NCBI GenBank assembly: GCA_963740355.1
Contig: CAVUDW010000002.1
Location: 352,001-416,000 of the forward strand
From: an uncultured Gemmatimonadaceae bacterium
GTDB taxonomy: Bacteria; Gemmatimonadota; Gemmatimonadetes; Gemmatimonadales; Gemmatimonadaceae
DNA: 64,000 nucleotides
Direction: 5' to 3'
Shown here: piece by piece, positions 1 to 9,298 of the stretch
Numbering within the stretch: the stretch's first letter is position 1
How the letters are laid out: each line of letters opens with the position of its first letter
Position numbers and translations under genes: made by a program
The notes under the pieces: generated by a model
Database searches by the model: none
Told to the model about the DNA's origin: nothing
The model's input: only the letters and a program-made list of their open reading frames with translations

Positions 1-1
1 C

Positions 2-436
2 GTGGCAGCGGCCGCCGTTCCGGATTCGGCGGCGAAGCGGGCCTACTTCGCGCGCTGGTTTGGCGACAACAGCTTGAACGAGGAGTGGGTGACGTCCAGC
101 TTGCGCGCCTTTCACGATCCTGATCAGGCGGCGCTGACGCAGCGGTTCGTGGTGCCGTCGCTCGACACGCTGCCATGGATCCAGAAGAACCGTCGCATCT
201 TCTTCCTTGGTGCGTGGCTCAGCGCAGCCATCGGCGGGCAATCGTCCCCCGAGTCATTGCAGCAGATCGATGCCTGGCTTGCAGCACATCCTGCACTTGG
301 CGCCGACCTGCGGCGGAAGGTGCTGCAGGCGCGTGATGAACTGGAACGCACGGTGCGCATCCGAAAGAGCTTCGGTGGTGATCGCGTCAGCAGTGAGGCG
401 CGCCATGACGCCACCGAGCGCTCGACGGTTAACTGA
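2..436 (+). CDS. C-terminal fragment of probable M1 aminopeptidase (ERAP1-like C-terminal helical domain); 5' truncated by window edge
   Basis: Helical C-terminus LPWIQKNRRIFFLGAWL...LRRKVLQARDEL resembles aminopeptidase N C-termini; catalytic part is outside the window. Confidence 0.55.
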   Translation: MAAAAVPDSAAKRAYFARWFGDNSLNEEWVTSSLRAFHDPDQAALTQRFVVPSLDTLPWIQKNRRIFFLGAWLSAAIGGQSSPESLQQIDAWLAAHPALGADLRRKVLQARDELERTVRIRKSFGGDRVSSEARHDATERSTVN

Positions 437-453
437 TCGGGCGCCGATGATCG

Positions 454-1644
454 TCAGCTGAAGGCGCGCAGCGCTTCGATGCGTGGTACGCGCGACTTCG
501 GCGAATCGAGGGAGAACGACCGCGCATCGCCGAGTTGATCACGGACGAACGTCTCCGTCTCGTCGATGGTCGAACGCAGTGCCTTGTCCATCTTGCGTCC
601 GAACAGCGCATGGACGATGCGCTGCGCTTCGGCGTCGAACTCCCACAGGCCAATCAGCTGTCCGCGATCGAGAATCGCATGACTCGGCAGGTCGGACAGC
701 TTGCCGATCGAGACGAGATTCTTGTCGGACACCACCTGTCGCGCCGTATCGCTGTCGTCGAGCAGGCTGATGACGTTGCGGCGCGCGGCGGTGATCGTGT
801 CGAGGCTGCTCACCAGCGCGTACTGTGGCGTGGTCGGTACTTCGAATGCGTTGAATGCGGAAAGGTCTGCTGAAGGAAGGAGCAAATCGCTGCCTGGCAT
901 CGCTGGTACGAGGTCGAGCGCGGACACCGCGTCCTTCGCGAGCTTCGCCCCGAGGCCTGAGAACCACTGGAACTCCTTCATCGTGGCGGGGCCGATCCAG
1001 CGGAAGTACCGTCGAGCGATTGCGACATGCGCGTCAGCGGAGGAAAGTGCCGCACCCGCACGCGCATTCGGCGACCACCGCGTGTACGCATACCGCTGCT
1101 GATCGAGCCGACCATTGATCGGCACTCGGCGAATGTCGCCACTCGACTGCAGTCGGCCCAGCGCGAGGGGCAGGGTGGTCGAGAGCCCCTTCTTCTTTCC
1201 GGCTTCGCCCAACGATCGAGACGCCGATCCGGTGGCATCGCGCACTTCGTCTGGTGTGAGTGTCGCGTCGGTCAGCGCCTTCAGCACCGCCGCACAGAGC
1301 TTGTCGATCTCGCGCTCGGTGACGCCGAGCTTGAGTGCTTGTGCCATGTCGCCGCTGCCGAATTCATCAGCGAGCGTCAGCGCCAGCGCGAAGTCTGCTG
1401 CTGGTACGACGTAGGTGCAGCCGCGCGCGGCAGGGAGTTCGTGGATCTCGAGTGCGGCGACGGCGCGGTCGGCCTGCTCACGTGAACAGCGAGCGCGGGA
1501 AAAAAGTGTGAGGTACGGTCCAACGCCCGCCACGCTGCGCGACCATCCGGACTGCGAGAGAATTCCTGCCGGCTGCGCCTTCGCGAGTGTCCCGGTCAGT
1601 CCCTGTCGATACATCCACCAGGCGCGGAGTTTCGCGACGGCCAT
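454..1644 (-). CDS. AlkZ/YcaQ (HTH_42) family winged-helix DNA glycosylase-like protein
   Basis: PYLTLFSR, ARRYFRWIGPATMKEFQWFSGL and ILDRGQLIGLW segments typical of HTH_42; start re-picked at ATG 1644. Confidence 0.75.
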   Translation of the reverse strand: MAVAKLRAWWMYRQGLTGTLAKAQPAGILSQSGWSRSVAGVGPYLTLFSRARCSREQADRAVAALEIHELPAARGCTYVVPAADFALALTLADEFGSGDMAQALKLGVTEREIDKLCAAVLKALTDATLTPDEVRDATGSASRSLGEAGKKKGLSTTLPLALGRLQSSGDIRRVPINGRLDQQRYAYTRWSPNARAGAALSSADAHVAIARRYFRWIGPATMKEFQWFSGLGAKLAKDAVSALDLVPAMPGSDLLLPSADLSAFNAFEVPTTPQYALVSSLDTITAARRNVISLLDDSDTARQVVSDKNLVSIGKLSDLPSHAILDRGQLIGLWEFDAEAQRIVHALFGRKMDKALRSTIDETETFVRDQLGDARSFSLDSPKSRVPRIEALRAFS

Positions 1645-1856
1645 GACACTGTCCCGGCTGAATTGGGTGCTGTGGCGGATGCCGTTAGAAAGAGGCGCTG
1701 AAGCTCGAACGCCGAAAACGTAACATTTCGGCGCGGAGGGTCGGCCCGGGATGGCAGGACTAAAGCGGGGTGAACCATTGGCCGATACTGCAGAGTGTCC
1801 CGCGTCCGGCGGGCGCACAATGCACGCCTGCCACCGAAACCCCACTGGAGTCGACG

Positions 1857-2270
1857 ATGACCCATCCGTCCCGTATTCGCCTCTCGCTGGTCGCTGCTGC
1901 GATCACCGCTGTCACACTGCTGCACCCGACCGATGTCCTGGCCCAGGATGCCAGCCGCACCTATACGCTTGCCGAAGTCGAGACCAAGCCGTCGCTCGCC
2001 TCGGTCACCAACTTCCAGCGCATCGTCTCGGAAGGGTATCCCGAAGACCTGAAGCGTCGCCGCATGGGCGGCATCGCCGAGATCGCGTTCGTCGTCGATG
2101 CAACGGGCAAGGTCGAGCCGGGCAGCGTCGAAGTCGTCGATGCGACGCAGCCGGCCTTCGGTGAGGCCGCCAAGAAGGCGTTGCTGCAGGCTGGTTTCAA
2201 GCCGGGCAAGGTGAGCGGCAATGCGGTGCGCACCAAGGTTTCGCTGCCGATCGTGTATCGCGTGCAGTAG
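1857..2270 (+). CDS. TonB C-terminal domain protein (energy transducer TonB family)
   Basis: Signal-like N-terminus; YP...G...FVVDATGKV...FKPG...G..VR TonB_C pattern; GGAG upstream of ATG 1857. Confidence 0.85.
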   Translation: MTHPSRIRLSLVAAAITAVTLLHPTDVLAQDASRTYTLAEVETKPSLASVTNFQRIVSEGYPEDLKRRRMGGIAEIAFVVDATGKVEPGSVEVVDATQPAFGEAAKKALLQAGFKPGKVSGNAVRTKVSLPIVYRVQ

Positions 2271-2289
2271 TCGCGACACGCTCGTCCGT

Positions 2290-2333
2290 CACGTCCCCGA
2301 CTCGCATCTGCCGAGTCGGGGACGTGGTGTTTT
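2290..2333 (+). terminator. Probable intrinsic terminator after the tonB-like gene
   Basis: 15-bp stem cacgtccccgactcg / cgagtcggggacgtg followed by gtgtttt. Confidence 0.65.
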
Positions 2334-2369
2334 CGGGAGCCACTTCCTGATTCCGTGTAGCTTTCGTGT

Positions 2370-2855
2370 ATGCCTCGCATCGCCTTCTCCGAGATTCCTG
2401 ATCGTGCCCGACTCTGGGTCTTCGCCGCCGACACGCCGGTAGCCGATCCCACCCCGTTGTTGAATGCGGTCGACGCGCATTTGTCGCAGTGGGCGGCGCA
2501 CGGCGTACCGCTCGTGTGCGCCCGCGACTGGCGTGATGATCGATTCCTCGCGATCGCCGTCGACGAGGCCGCGACAGGCGCGTCTGGCTGCTCCATCGAT
2601 GGCCTGTTCCGCACGATCGGTCGGGTGCAAGCGCAAGTCGGCGCTGACCTGCTGGCCTCGGGGCGCGTAGCCTGGCGCGATGGCTCGGGCGCGATCAATG
2701 TCACGCCACGAGGCGACTTCGAGGTTCTCGCCACATCCGGCGCGGTCACGGCTGACACGCCCGTCTTCGGTACGCTGTGCGAGACCGTGGGTGATTGGCG
2801 CGTGGAGTTCGTGAAGCCGGCGCGTGAAAGCTGGGCGGCCTCGCTCCTCCCCTGA
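2370..2855 (+). CDS. Conserved hypothetical protein (WAAHG and SGCSID motifs)
   Basis: ATG start; RLWVF, WAAHG, SGCSID pattern as in a Bacteroidota-type uncharacterised family; no Walker A. Confidence 0.7.
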   Translation: MPRIAFSEIPDRARLWVFAADTPVADPTPLLNAVDAHLSQWAAHGVPLVCARDWRDDRFLAIAVDEAATGASGCSIDGLFRTIGRVQAQVGADLLASGRVAWRDGSGAINVTPRGDFEVLATSGAVTADTPVFGTLCETVGDWRVEFVKPARESWAASLLP

Positions 2856-2859
2856 ACGC

Positions 2860-2894
2860 AAAACCGCCGGCGCAGACAGGGCTGCACCGGCGGT
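2860..2894 (-). terminator. Probable terminator between convergent genes
   Basis: Stem accgccggcgcag / ctgcaccggcggt with a T-run on the minus strand. Confidence 0.55.
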
Positions 2895-2969
2895 CCGTAC
2901 TTCAGGGATTCAATTCGTGTGTTGCGGGCACTCGGTCACGACGGCGTGCGAACCCAACCAATCCGCCTC

Positions 2970-5426
2970 CTACCGATCGTCGTCGCTTCCGATCGGACTA
3001 CCCGGCGGCACGGTGATCTTCACCTTCTTCTCGGCCGGCTTGTACGTGCCGGCCATCCACGAGCGGATGTCGGCGGCCAGCTGTTCGGTCGAGGCATTGC
3101 CGCGACCAGTCACGCCTGGCCGCAACGATGTGCCGAGCATGTTGACCAATGCAAACCGAGCCTCAGCGCGCACCAGCGGCATGTCGGCGCTTTCAGCCAG
3201 TGTCAGCAGGTGATCGACATACGAGCGCTGCACCAGTGCCGAGAGCGTGGCATCGTAGGCGTTCGCCGCCGGCGCCCCGAACAGCTTCGACTCCATGCGC
3301 TTCAACAGGTCGCTGAAACCAGGCAGCGTCGGATCGATGGCGTGCTGCGCGACCAAACGTGCGGACCGCTCCTGATCGAGCAGCAGGTCGAAAGTGACAT
3401 TGGCGATGGTGGCGCCGGGCGCCAGCGGATCGAAGGTGATGCCAGTCCAGCGATCAAAGAGTTCGCGCGTCGACTCGATCAGGAAAGGGCGCGGCGGCAG
3501 CTTTCCGATCAGCGCGCGCGGCAAGGCGAGGTTCGCCGGCGACAACACATCAGCGATCGCATCGATGGCAATGTTCTGCTGCGCCGCCGGAACTGACACC
3601 GGCCCGGCCACACCATCACCGCGCAAGTTGTAAGCGTACGTCACACCGCCCACCACCTTGATCGCGGCCTCGAGCTGGTAGCGGTGATGCAGGTACACCG
3701 GCACCAGCACGTCTTCCATCGTCGCCAGCGGTGCACCGCGCTTGATCACGGTCTCGCCGAACTTGGCCAGCGCCCGTTCACGTACGGTCATCATGCGCTT
3801 CAGTTCCGTCACCGCATCGGCACCGTTGTCCCATAGATGCGTGTTCGGATGCGCGCTGCTAACCGGGCGGGCATCCTGGTCGGTGAGGAAGGTCAGGCCG
3901 CGCGTGCGCGCTGCCACCAGCACCGAGTCGAGCTGCTTCTTTTCGTCGCCCGGGAATTCGCCGTATCCCCAGGTCACGGCCACCTTGTCCCACTCACCGA
4001 TACCGGTTTCGTAGGCATTGGTGATGTCCACATCGCCGTTCGGCTTGAGCGTGATCATCGGGTGTGGATAGTCCATCACGCTGGTGTTCTTTTGCGCACT
4101 GCTGATGTAGTTGTGCGCCATGCCCAGCGTATGCCCTACTTCATGCGCAGCCAGCTGCCGGATGCGGGCCAGCACCATCGCCTCGACGCGCGCCGCCTTC
4201 TCCGTGCCGGTCGTGTACGGGCCATCGAGGCCTTCGCCGATCAGGAAGTCCTGTCGTGCGCGAAGTGAGCCGAGGATCACGTGGCCCTTCATCATCTCGC
4301 CGGTGCGCGGATCGGTGACCGCGCCACCGTAGCTCCAGCCACGCGTTGCACGATGTGCATACTCGATCACGTTGTAGCGCACATCGAGCGGATCGATCGA
4401 GTCCGGCAGCACCTCGACACGGAAGGCGTTGATGTAGCCCGCCGCCTCGAAGGCCTGGTTCCACCAGCGTGTGCCTTCCACCAGCGCGGTGCGAATCGGC
4501 TCCGGTGCGGTGTTGTCCACGTAGTACACGATCGGCTTCACAGCTTCACTGCGGGCAGCGCCAGGATTCTTCTTCTCGAGGCGGTGACGCGATGCGAAGC
4601 GCTGCACGAAGTCGCCACCGAGCGGCTGTGAATAGTCCTGATAGCTGATGCCGAAGAACGCCGAGCGTGGGTCGGCGGGGCGCATCTTGAAACCGGGTTC
4701 CGGCAGCGCGACCAGGCTGTGGCGCTCCCGGATCGTGAGCGCTTCTGGATTCGGCGTCACGTCGCGCACGTAGCGACCCGGGTTCGAGCCGGCGAGGGTG
4801 AGCGTGACCTCGATTTCGGTGTTGCGCGGGAAGGCCTTCGTGTGCGGCATGTAGACCGCGCTGCGCGACCGATCGAGGGCGAAGGTGCCCTGTTGGCTGC
4901 GGCGCAGGTTGCCGACGGCATCATGCGCATCACGCACCACGAATTCGGTGGCGTCGACGAGAACGCGTTGCCCATCCTGCGCCTCGACCGTGAAGCCGAA
5001 GATGGCGCTGCGTGCGAAGCTTTCTTCCACACCGCGCGCTTCGTTGGCGTCGGTCGTCACGCCGCGGAAGTTCGTGTTCTTCTCGATCAGCAGCACGCGC
5101 GGTCCGCTGCGGGTGAAGGTCACCAGTCGTTCGCGACCGAGCTGATTGCGATCGAGGCCGATGTCATTCGACCCCACGCCCCATGGCAGTGACGTGAAGT
5201 AGATGAACTCCTGGTCCATCGCCGGGATCTCGAGATAGAGCTTGCCGGTGCGCTCATCCCAATACAGCGGAAAGAGGCCGTCGCGCTTGGTCAGGCCGGC
5301 AGTGCGGGTGGCGATGCTGGGGAGGCCGGGAGCGGCGGCAGGGGTCGGCGTGGCGGCCGGCTGGGCCCCGAGGGCGGACAGCCCGACGAGGGACGACGCG
5401 AGCAAGGCGCGCAGGTGGCGTGTCAT
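2970..5426 (-). CDS. Secreted zinc metalloprotease (Met-zincin, DUF5117/DUF4953 architecture)
   Basis: HEVGHTLGMAHN zincin motif, SVMDY Met-turn, PIVYYVD, signal peptide; start ATG 5426. Confidence 0.9.
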   Translation of the reverse strand: MTRHLRALLASSLVGLSALGAQPAATPTPAAAPGLPSIATRTAGLTKRDGLFPLYWDERTGKLYLEIPAMDQEFIYFTSLPWGVGSNDIGLDRNQLGRERLVTFTRSGPRVLLIEKNTNFRGVTTDANEARGVEESFARSAIFGFTVEAQDGQRVLVDATEFVVRDAHDAVGNLRRSQQGTFALDRSRSAVYMPHTKAFPRNTEIEVTLTLAGSNPGRYVRDVTPNPEALTIRERHSLVALPEPGFKMRPADPRSAFFGISYQDYSQPLGGDFVQRFASRHRLEKKNPGAARSEAVKPIVYYVDNTAPEPIRTALVEGTRWWNQAFEAAGYINAFRVEVLPDSIDPLDVRYNVIEYAHRATRGWSYGGAVTDPRTGEMMKGHVILGSLRARQDFLIGEGLDGPYTTGTEKAARVEAMVLARIRQLAAHEVGHTLGMAHNYISSAQKNTSVMDYPHPMITLKPNGDVDITNAYETGIGEWDKVAVTWGYGEFPGDEKKQLDSVLVAARTRGLTFLTDQDARPVSSAHPNTHLWDNGADAVTELKRMMTVRERALAKFGETVIKRGAPLATMEDVLVPVYLHHRYQLEAAIKVVGGVTYAYNLRGDGVAGPVSVPAAQQNIAIDAIADVLSPANLALPRALIGKLPPRPFLIESTRELFDRWTGITFDPLAPGATIANVTFDLLLDQERSARLVAQHAIDPTLPGFSDLLKRMESKLFGAPAANAYDATLSALVQRSYVDHLLTLAESADMPLVRAEARFALVNMLGTSLRPGVTGRGNASTEQLAADIRSWMAGTYKPAEKKVKITVPPGSPIGSDDDR

Positions 5427-5609
5427 GGGAACGGTGGGGAGTGAGAGCTGGACCTTGGCGGAGTACGTCCTCCGGCAGGTGCCCGTTGCTCCCAGAATAC
5501 TGCCGCGCCGGGCCTTTGGCGGCACCGATTACCCGAGGTTTTAGTGGTTGAGGTCGCTTTTGACCGGCAAGTGTTATCTCCGGCTCATCTGCGTACGACA
5601 CTCCTCTGC

Positions 5610-6032
5610 ATGCCAGCGCTTGAACCTGCCGCCGTTCCTGAATCCGTGCCCACCGGCACCTCCGTCTTCATCGGCGCGCGCCGCTTCACGGCGCGCCGCA
5701 CCCGTCAGGGCACCCGCATCTGGGTCGGGAAGGACAAGCGCTTCATCGAGGTCGTGTTGCTCCGTACCGATGACCGCCGGTATGCGGTGGCACCGTGGCT
5801 GGAAGACGCCGCACCGCGCGCCATGCGTGAGCTGATTCGCAGCGGGCTGCTGATTCCGCCCGATCCGCTGACGATGCTGGAAGAGCCGACCTCGAATGAC
5901 GATGCCAACGATGCGGCATTGCGTGTGGCCGTCATCGAAGGGCTGGTCGAGACGTCCCAGCTATCGATGGACGATGCCTGGCAATCCCTGCGTGCGTGGC
6001 GCGCGCTCCGCGACGGCGTCACGCCCCGCTAG
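5610..6032 (+). CDS. Hypothetical protein
   Basis: Fills the gap between two minus-strand genes; ATG 5610; no motif recognised. Confidence 0.55.
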   Translation: MPALEPAAVPESVPTGTSVFIGARRFTARRTRQGTRIWVGKDKRFIEVVLLRTDDRRYAVAPWLEDAAPRAMRELIRSGLLIPPDPLTMLEEPTSNDDANDAALRVAVIEGLVETSQLSMDDAWQSLRAWRALRDGVTPR

Positions 6033-6043
6033 CTGGTCCAGGC

Positions 6044-7084
6044 CTACGGCGTCAGCCAGCTGTCGCGATGTTCGGCGACGAAGGCGTCATCGGTGAGCCA
6101 CGGGTAGGACTGGATCACGCGATCGAGTTCGTCGGTCTGGCGGGGACTCAGCGTTTCGCGTGGATCGAGCGTCCAGGTGCCACGCAGCAGCCCCTGACGG
6201 CGCAAGACTTCATGGATGCCGGGAATGCAGCCGGAGAAACGGTGTAGCGAATCGAAGATCGCGCCGTTCGCATCGGTCAGTTCTGCCCCTTCCGTGAGCA
6301 GGCTGGGCGCCAGCGGTGAATCGCCGAGTGCCTTGATGCGGGCCAGCAATTCCACGGCGCGTCGCGTCCACACGGCCCACTGACCCAGCAATCCACCCAC
6401 GATGCGTGTGGTGTCGGCCCGACCATGTCGGCGCACGGGGAACGGTGTGGTGAGGTCGGCCACGATCGCGTCATCGTTCCCAGTGTAGAGCGCGACATCA
6501 TCGCGGCCGGCCGCGACGATCGCACGGACCACGTCCATCGTCCGATAGCGATCGAATGGCGCGATCTTGACCGCGATCAGCTGCGGGACTTCGGCCAGGT
6601 CGCGCCAGAAGCGGTACGACAGCACACGGCCGCCCACCGCCGGCTGCAGGTAGAAGCCGATGATCGGCATCACGTCGGCCACGTGGCGACAGTGGGACAG
6701 CAGCGCCCGCTCGTCGAGCGAGTCCAGTCCGCCAAGCGAGAGCAGCACCGCGTCGTAGCCAAGGGCACTGGCGATGCCGGCTTCGCTGATTGCTTGCGGT
6801 GTCTCACCGATCACACCAGCGATTCGCACAAACGGCCGCGGTGCCAGTTCGAGCGTCGCGTTGGCGGTCTCGATTGCAAGCTGGAGCACCGGGTGGTAGA
6901 GCCCGACCCGTCGAATCGCGAATTGCGTCGTGTGGACGCCCACCGCGATGCCACCAGCTCCCGCGGCCATGTAGTAGCGCGTCAGCGCACGTTGTGCGCG
7001 TTCATCCAGCGTTCGCGCCGCCGTCAGGGCCAGCGGGTGCGCCGGTATGACCTGACCGGCGAGAAGGTGCTGGCGAACGTTCAA
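6044..7084 (-). CDS. Dihydrodipicolinate synthase (DapA-like) family lyase/aldolase
   Basis: VIPAHPLAL, GVHTTQF, GFYLQPAVGG, AVKIAPF (Schiff-base Lys), YTGND; start approximate (TTG 7084). Confidence 0.85.
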   Translation of the reverse strand: MNVRQHLLAGQVIPAHPLALTAARTLDERAQRALTRYYMAAGAGGIAVGVHTTQFAIRRVGLYHPVLQLAIETANATLELAPRPFVRIAGVIGETPQAISEAGIASALGYDAVLLSLGGLDSLDERALLSHCRHVADVMPIIGFYLQPAVGGRVLSYRFWRDLAEVPQLIAVKIAPFDRYRTMDVVRAIVAAGRDDVALYTGNDDAIVADLTTPFPVRRHGRADTTRIVGGLLGQWAVWTRRAVELLARIKALGDSPLAPSLLTEGAELTDANGAIFDSLHRFSGCIPGIHEVLRRQGLLRGTWTLDPRETLSPRQTDELDRVIQSYPWLTDDAFVAEHRDSWLTP

Positions 7085-7225
7085 GAGGCGTGCTCCGGCA
7101 TCGGATGTCTGGGGCCGGGCAGCTATTCCCGGTGTACGGAAGTTCCGCAGAACTGCCTTCACTACGATAATGACGATCGCCGCGCTCGGGCGATTCGTGA
7201 CACAATCCTGAAATTTCAGTGTCTC

Positions 7226-7570
7226 ATGCCACCTCTGTACCGCTTCATCCTGCTGCTGGCCTGTTCGAACGTCTTCATGACCTTCGCGTGGTACGCACAC
7301 CTGAAGAACCTGCACGACAAGCCGTGGTACGTGGCGGCGCTCCTCAGCTGGGGGATCGCGCTGTTCGAATACATGCTGCAGGTGCCGGCCAACCGGACGG
7401 GTGCCGAGGTGCTGTCACTCGGCCAGCTGAAGATCGTGCAGGAGGTGATCACCCTGACGATTTTTGTGCCGTTCGCGGTCTACTACATGAAGCAGCCGGT
7501 GAAGCTGGACTACCTCTGGGCAGGCTGCTGTATCCTGGGCGCTGTCTACTTCGTGTTCCGAGGCTCCTGA
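7226..7570 (+). CDS. DMT family small membrane protein (DUF486/DMT_6)
   Basis: SNVFMTFAWYAHLK, SWGIALFEY..QVPANR, QLKIVQEVITL signature. Confidence 0.9.
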   Translation: MPPLYRFILLLACSNVFMTFAWYAHLKNLHDKPWYVAALLSWGIALFEYMLQVPANRTGAEVLSLGQLKIVQEVITLTIFVPFAVYYMKQPVKLDYLWAGCCILGAVYFVFRGS

Positions 7571-7577
7571 GCCGCGC

Positions 7578-8621
7578 TCAGAACTTTCCGTCGCGGACCT
7601 CGAACTTGGTCGCCTTGCCGAGCAACGGCCGTTCACCGCGCACCCAGTCGGCGGTCCAGTCGAGCAGGTGGTCGAGGGGCATCAGCGGCAGATCATCCCC
7701 AAAACGATCGCGCAGGGGACGGGCATCCGACAGCAGCGCGTCGGGGGCCTCGGTGCCGGTGAAGACGGGTGTTTCGCCAAGCCGAGTGCCGAGAGCAGAG
7801 GCGAGCGATCGGACCGTGTGTGGTTCCAGCCCGGTGACGTTGACCGGCGATGCCGGGACGCTGCCCTGCGTCAGCAACATCAGCGCGATCGCGTTGGCAT
7901 CGCCCTGCCAGATCACGTTCACGGTGCCCATCGTGACATCGATCGGGATCCTATCCCGCACTTTCACGGCCAGGTCCGTGAGCACGCCGTACGTCAGTGC
8001 GCAGGCGTAGTTGAGCCGATAGAGCACCACCGGCGAGGCATGTCGCTGGCCGAGCGCTGACATCACGCGTTCTCGACCGAGGCAGCTCATGGCGTATTCA
8101 CCAATCGGGGCCGGCGCGGTTGACTCGGTCGCACCGTACCCGCTGGAAGTGGTGAGTGGATAGACGTTGCCGGTCGAGAACACGACCTGTCGCGCACCAG
8201 CGAACCGCTCGCCGCACCACGCGGGAACGATGGTGTTCATTGCCCAGGTCTGCGCCGGATCGCCACCGGTGCCGAACTTCTGTCCGGCCATGAAGATGAC
8301 GTTCGGCGCAAACGGCAGTGCATCGACGGCTGCGCGATCGAGCAGGTCTGCGCGGATCAATCGGACGCCGGCCGACTCGAGCTGCGCCGCCGCCGTGGCC
8401 TCCGACCAGCGCGACACCGCGATCACGTCGCGCTGTCGTCCGCCGTCCGCCTCATCCATCGCGCGCCGAGCCATCCGGGCCAGCGACGGTCCCATCTTGC
8501 CGCCGGCGCCCAGCACGATCACATCGCCTTCGATGGCGGCCAGCGTCCGCACGACCGCGGGTGTCGGCGTGCTGAGTGCGTCGTCGAGTGAGTCGAGGTC
8601 GTGCGGGGCGGCGAGGTGCAT
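7578..8621 (-). CDS. NAD-dependent epimerase/dehydratase
   Basis: LGAGGKMG Rossmann motif, FMAGQKFG, FSTGNVY, EYAMSCLGRE. Confidence 0.85.
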   Translation of the reverse strand: MHLAAPHDLDSLDDALSTPTPAVVRTLAAIEGDVIVLGAGGKMGPSLARMARRAMDEADGGRQRDVIAVSRWSEATAAAQLESAGVRLIRADLLDRAAVDALPFAPNVIFMAGQKFGTGGDPAQTWAMNTIVPAWCGERFAGARQVVFSTGNVYPLTTSSGYGATESTAPAPIGEYAMSCLGRERVMSALGQRHASPVVLYRLNYACALTYGVLTDLAVKVRDRIPIDVTMGTVNVIWQGDANAIALMLLTQGSVPASPVNVTGLEPHTVRSLASALGTRLGETPVFTGTEAPDALLSDARPLRDRFGDDLPLMPLDHLLDWTADWVRGERPLLGKATKFEVRDGKF

Positions 8622-8881
8622 CTCGAATTCTATGCGGCTTGGGGCGGTCGCGCGTCCATCTGTATTCGGCGCGTTTAGCTCATCAGCCTGAGTTCTACAC
8701 GACTGCCAGCCTTCCGTCTTTCGCAGCGTTGGTCGCGCCGTCGCCTGACGGTCTACACTTCCTCACGCGGAGGCGCGGGGAACGCGGAGCCGCGGGGAAC
8801 AGCAAACTGCAACGGCAGGGGGAACTGCGGTGGAGGGCGTGGCATCCGTGCGCGCTGCGGTCTCACCGATCACCCGGTCGG

Positions 8882-9001
8882 GTCCTCACCCATCATCCCG
8901 GTCTCGTCCTCACCCATCAATGCGGTCCCGTCCTCACCCATCAATGCGGTCCCGTCCTCACCCATCAACCCGGTCCCGTCCTCACCCATCAACCCGGTCC
9001 A
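8882..9001. repeat. Tandem repeat, 5 x 24 bp (gtcctcacccatcaa[tg/cc]cggtccc)
   Basis: Units start at 8882, 8906, 8930, 8954, 8978; degenerate copy just upstream. Confidence 0.95.
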
Positions 9002-9026
9002 TACCCTCCTCGCAGTTCCCCGCAGT

Positions 9027-9111
9027 TCCCCGCGGCTCCGCGTCCCCCGCGGCTCCGCGTCCCCCGCGGCTCCGCGTCCCCCGCGTCTCCGCGTCCCCCG
9101 CGTCTCCGCGT
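9027..9111. repeat. Tandem repeat, 5 x 17 bp (cccccgcg[g/t]ctccgcgt)
   Basis: Units start at 9027, 9044, 9061, 9078, 9095. Confidence 0.9.
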
Positions 9112-9298
9112 GAGAATGTGTAGACGATCAGGCGACTGGTGCGGAGCCCAAGCGGCGCGGAGTCTTGGTTGGATTTCAAGGGGTCAGAGTCCTTGAAAGT
9201 TCATGGGGACGGAGTCGTGCGGCGCAGTGAAGCAATCCGGCTCGCGCATTCTGACGTAGCTGGTGCGGATCTCCTTCTGGACCTCCTCACCGATTCGC

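Larger units (their letters stand above)
8751..9125. repeat. Inverted-repeat-bounded intergenic element containing tandem repeats (MITE/REP-like)
   Basis: Left end gtctacacttcctcacgcggaggcgcgggg is inverted relative to right end ccccgcgtctccgcgtgagaatgtgtagac. Confidence 0.8.

Noticed and set aside
8882..9001. CRISPR array or repeat-protein ORF (8576..9196, VLTHQCGP repeats)
   Set aside because: No spacers; the ORF is a translation of DNA repeats and also crosses a 17-bp non-triplet array
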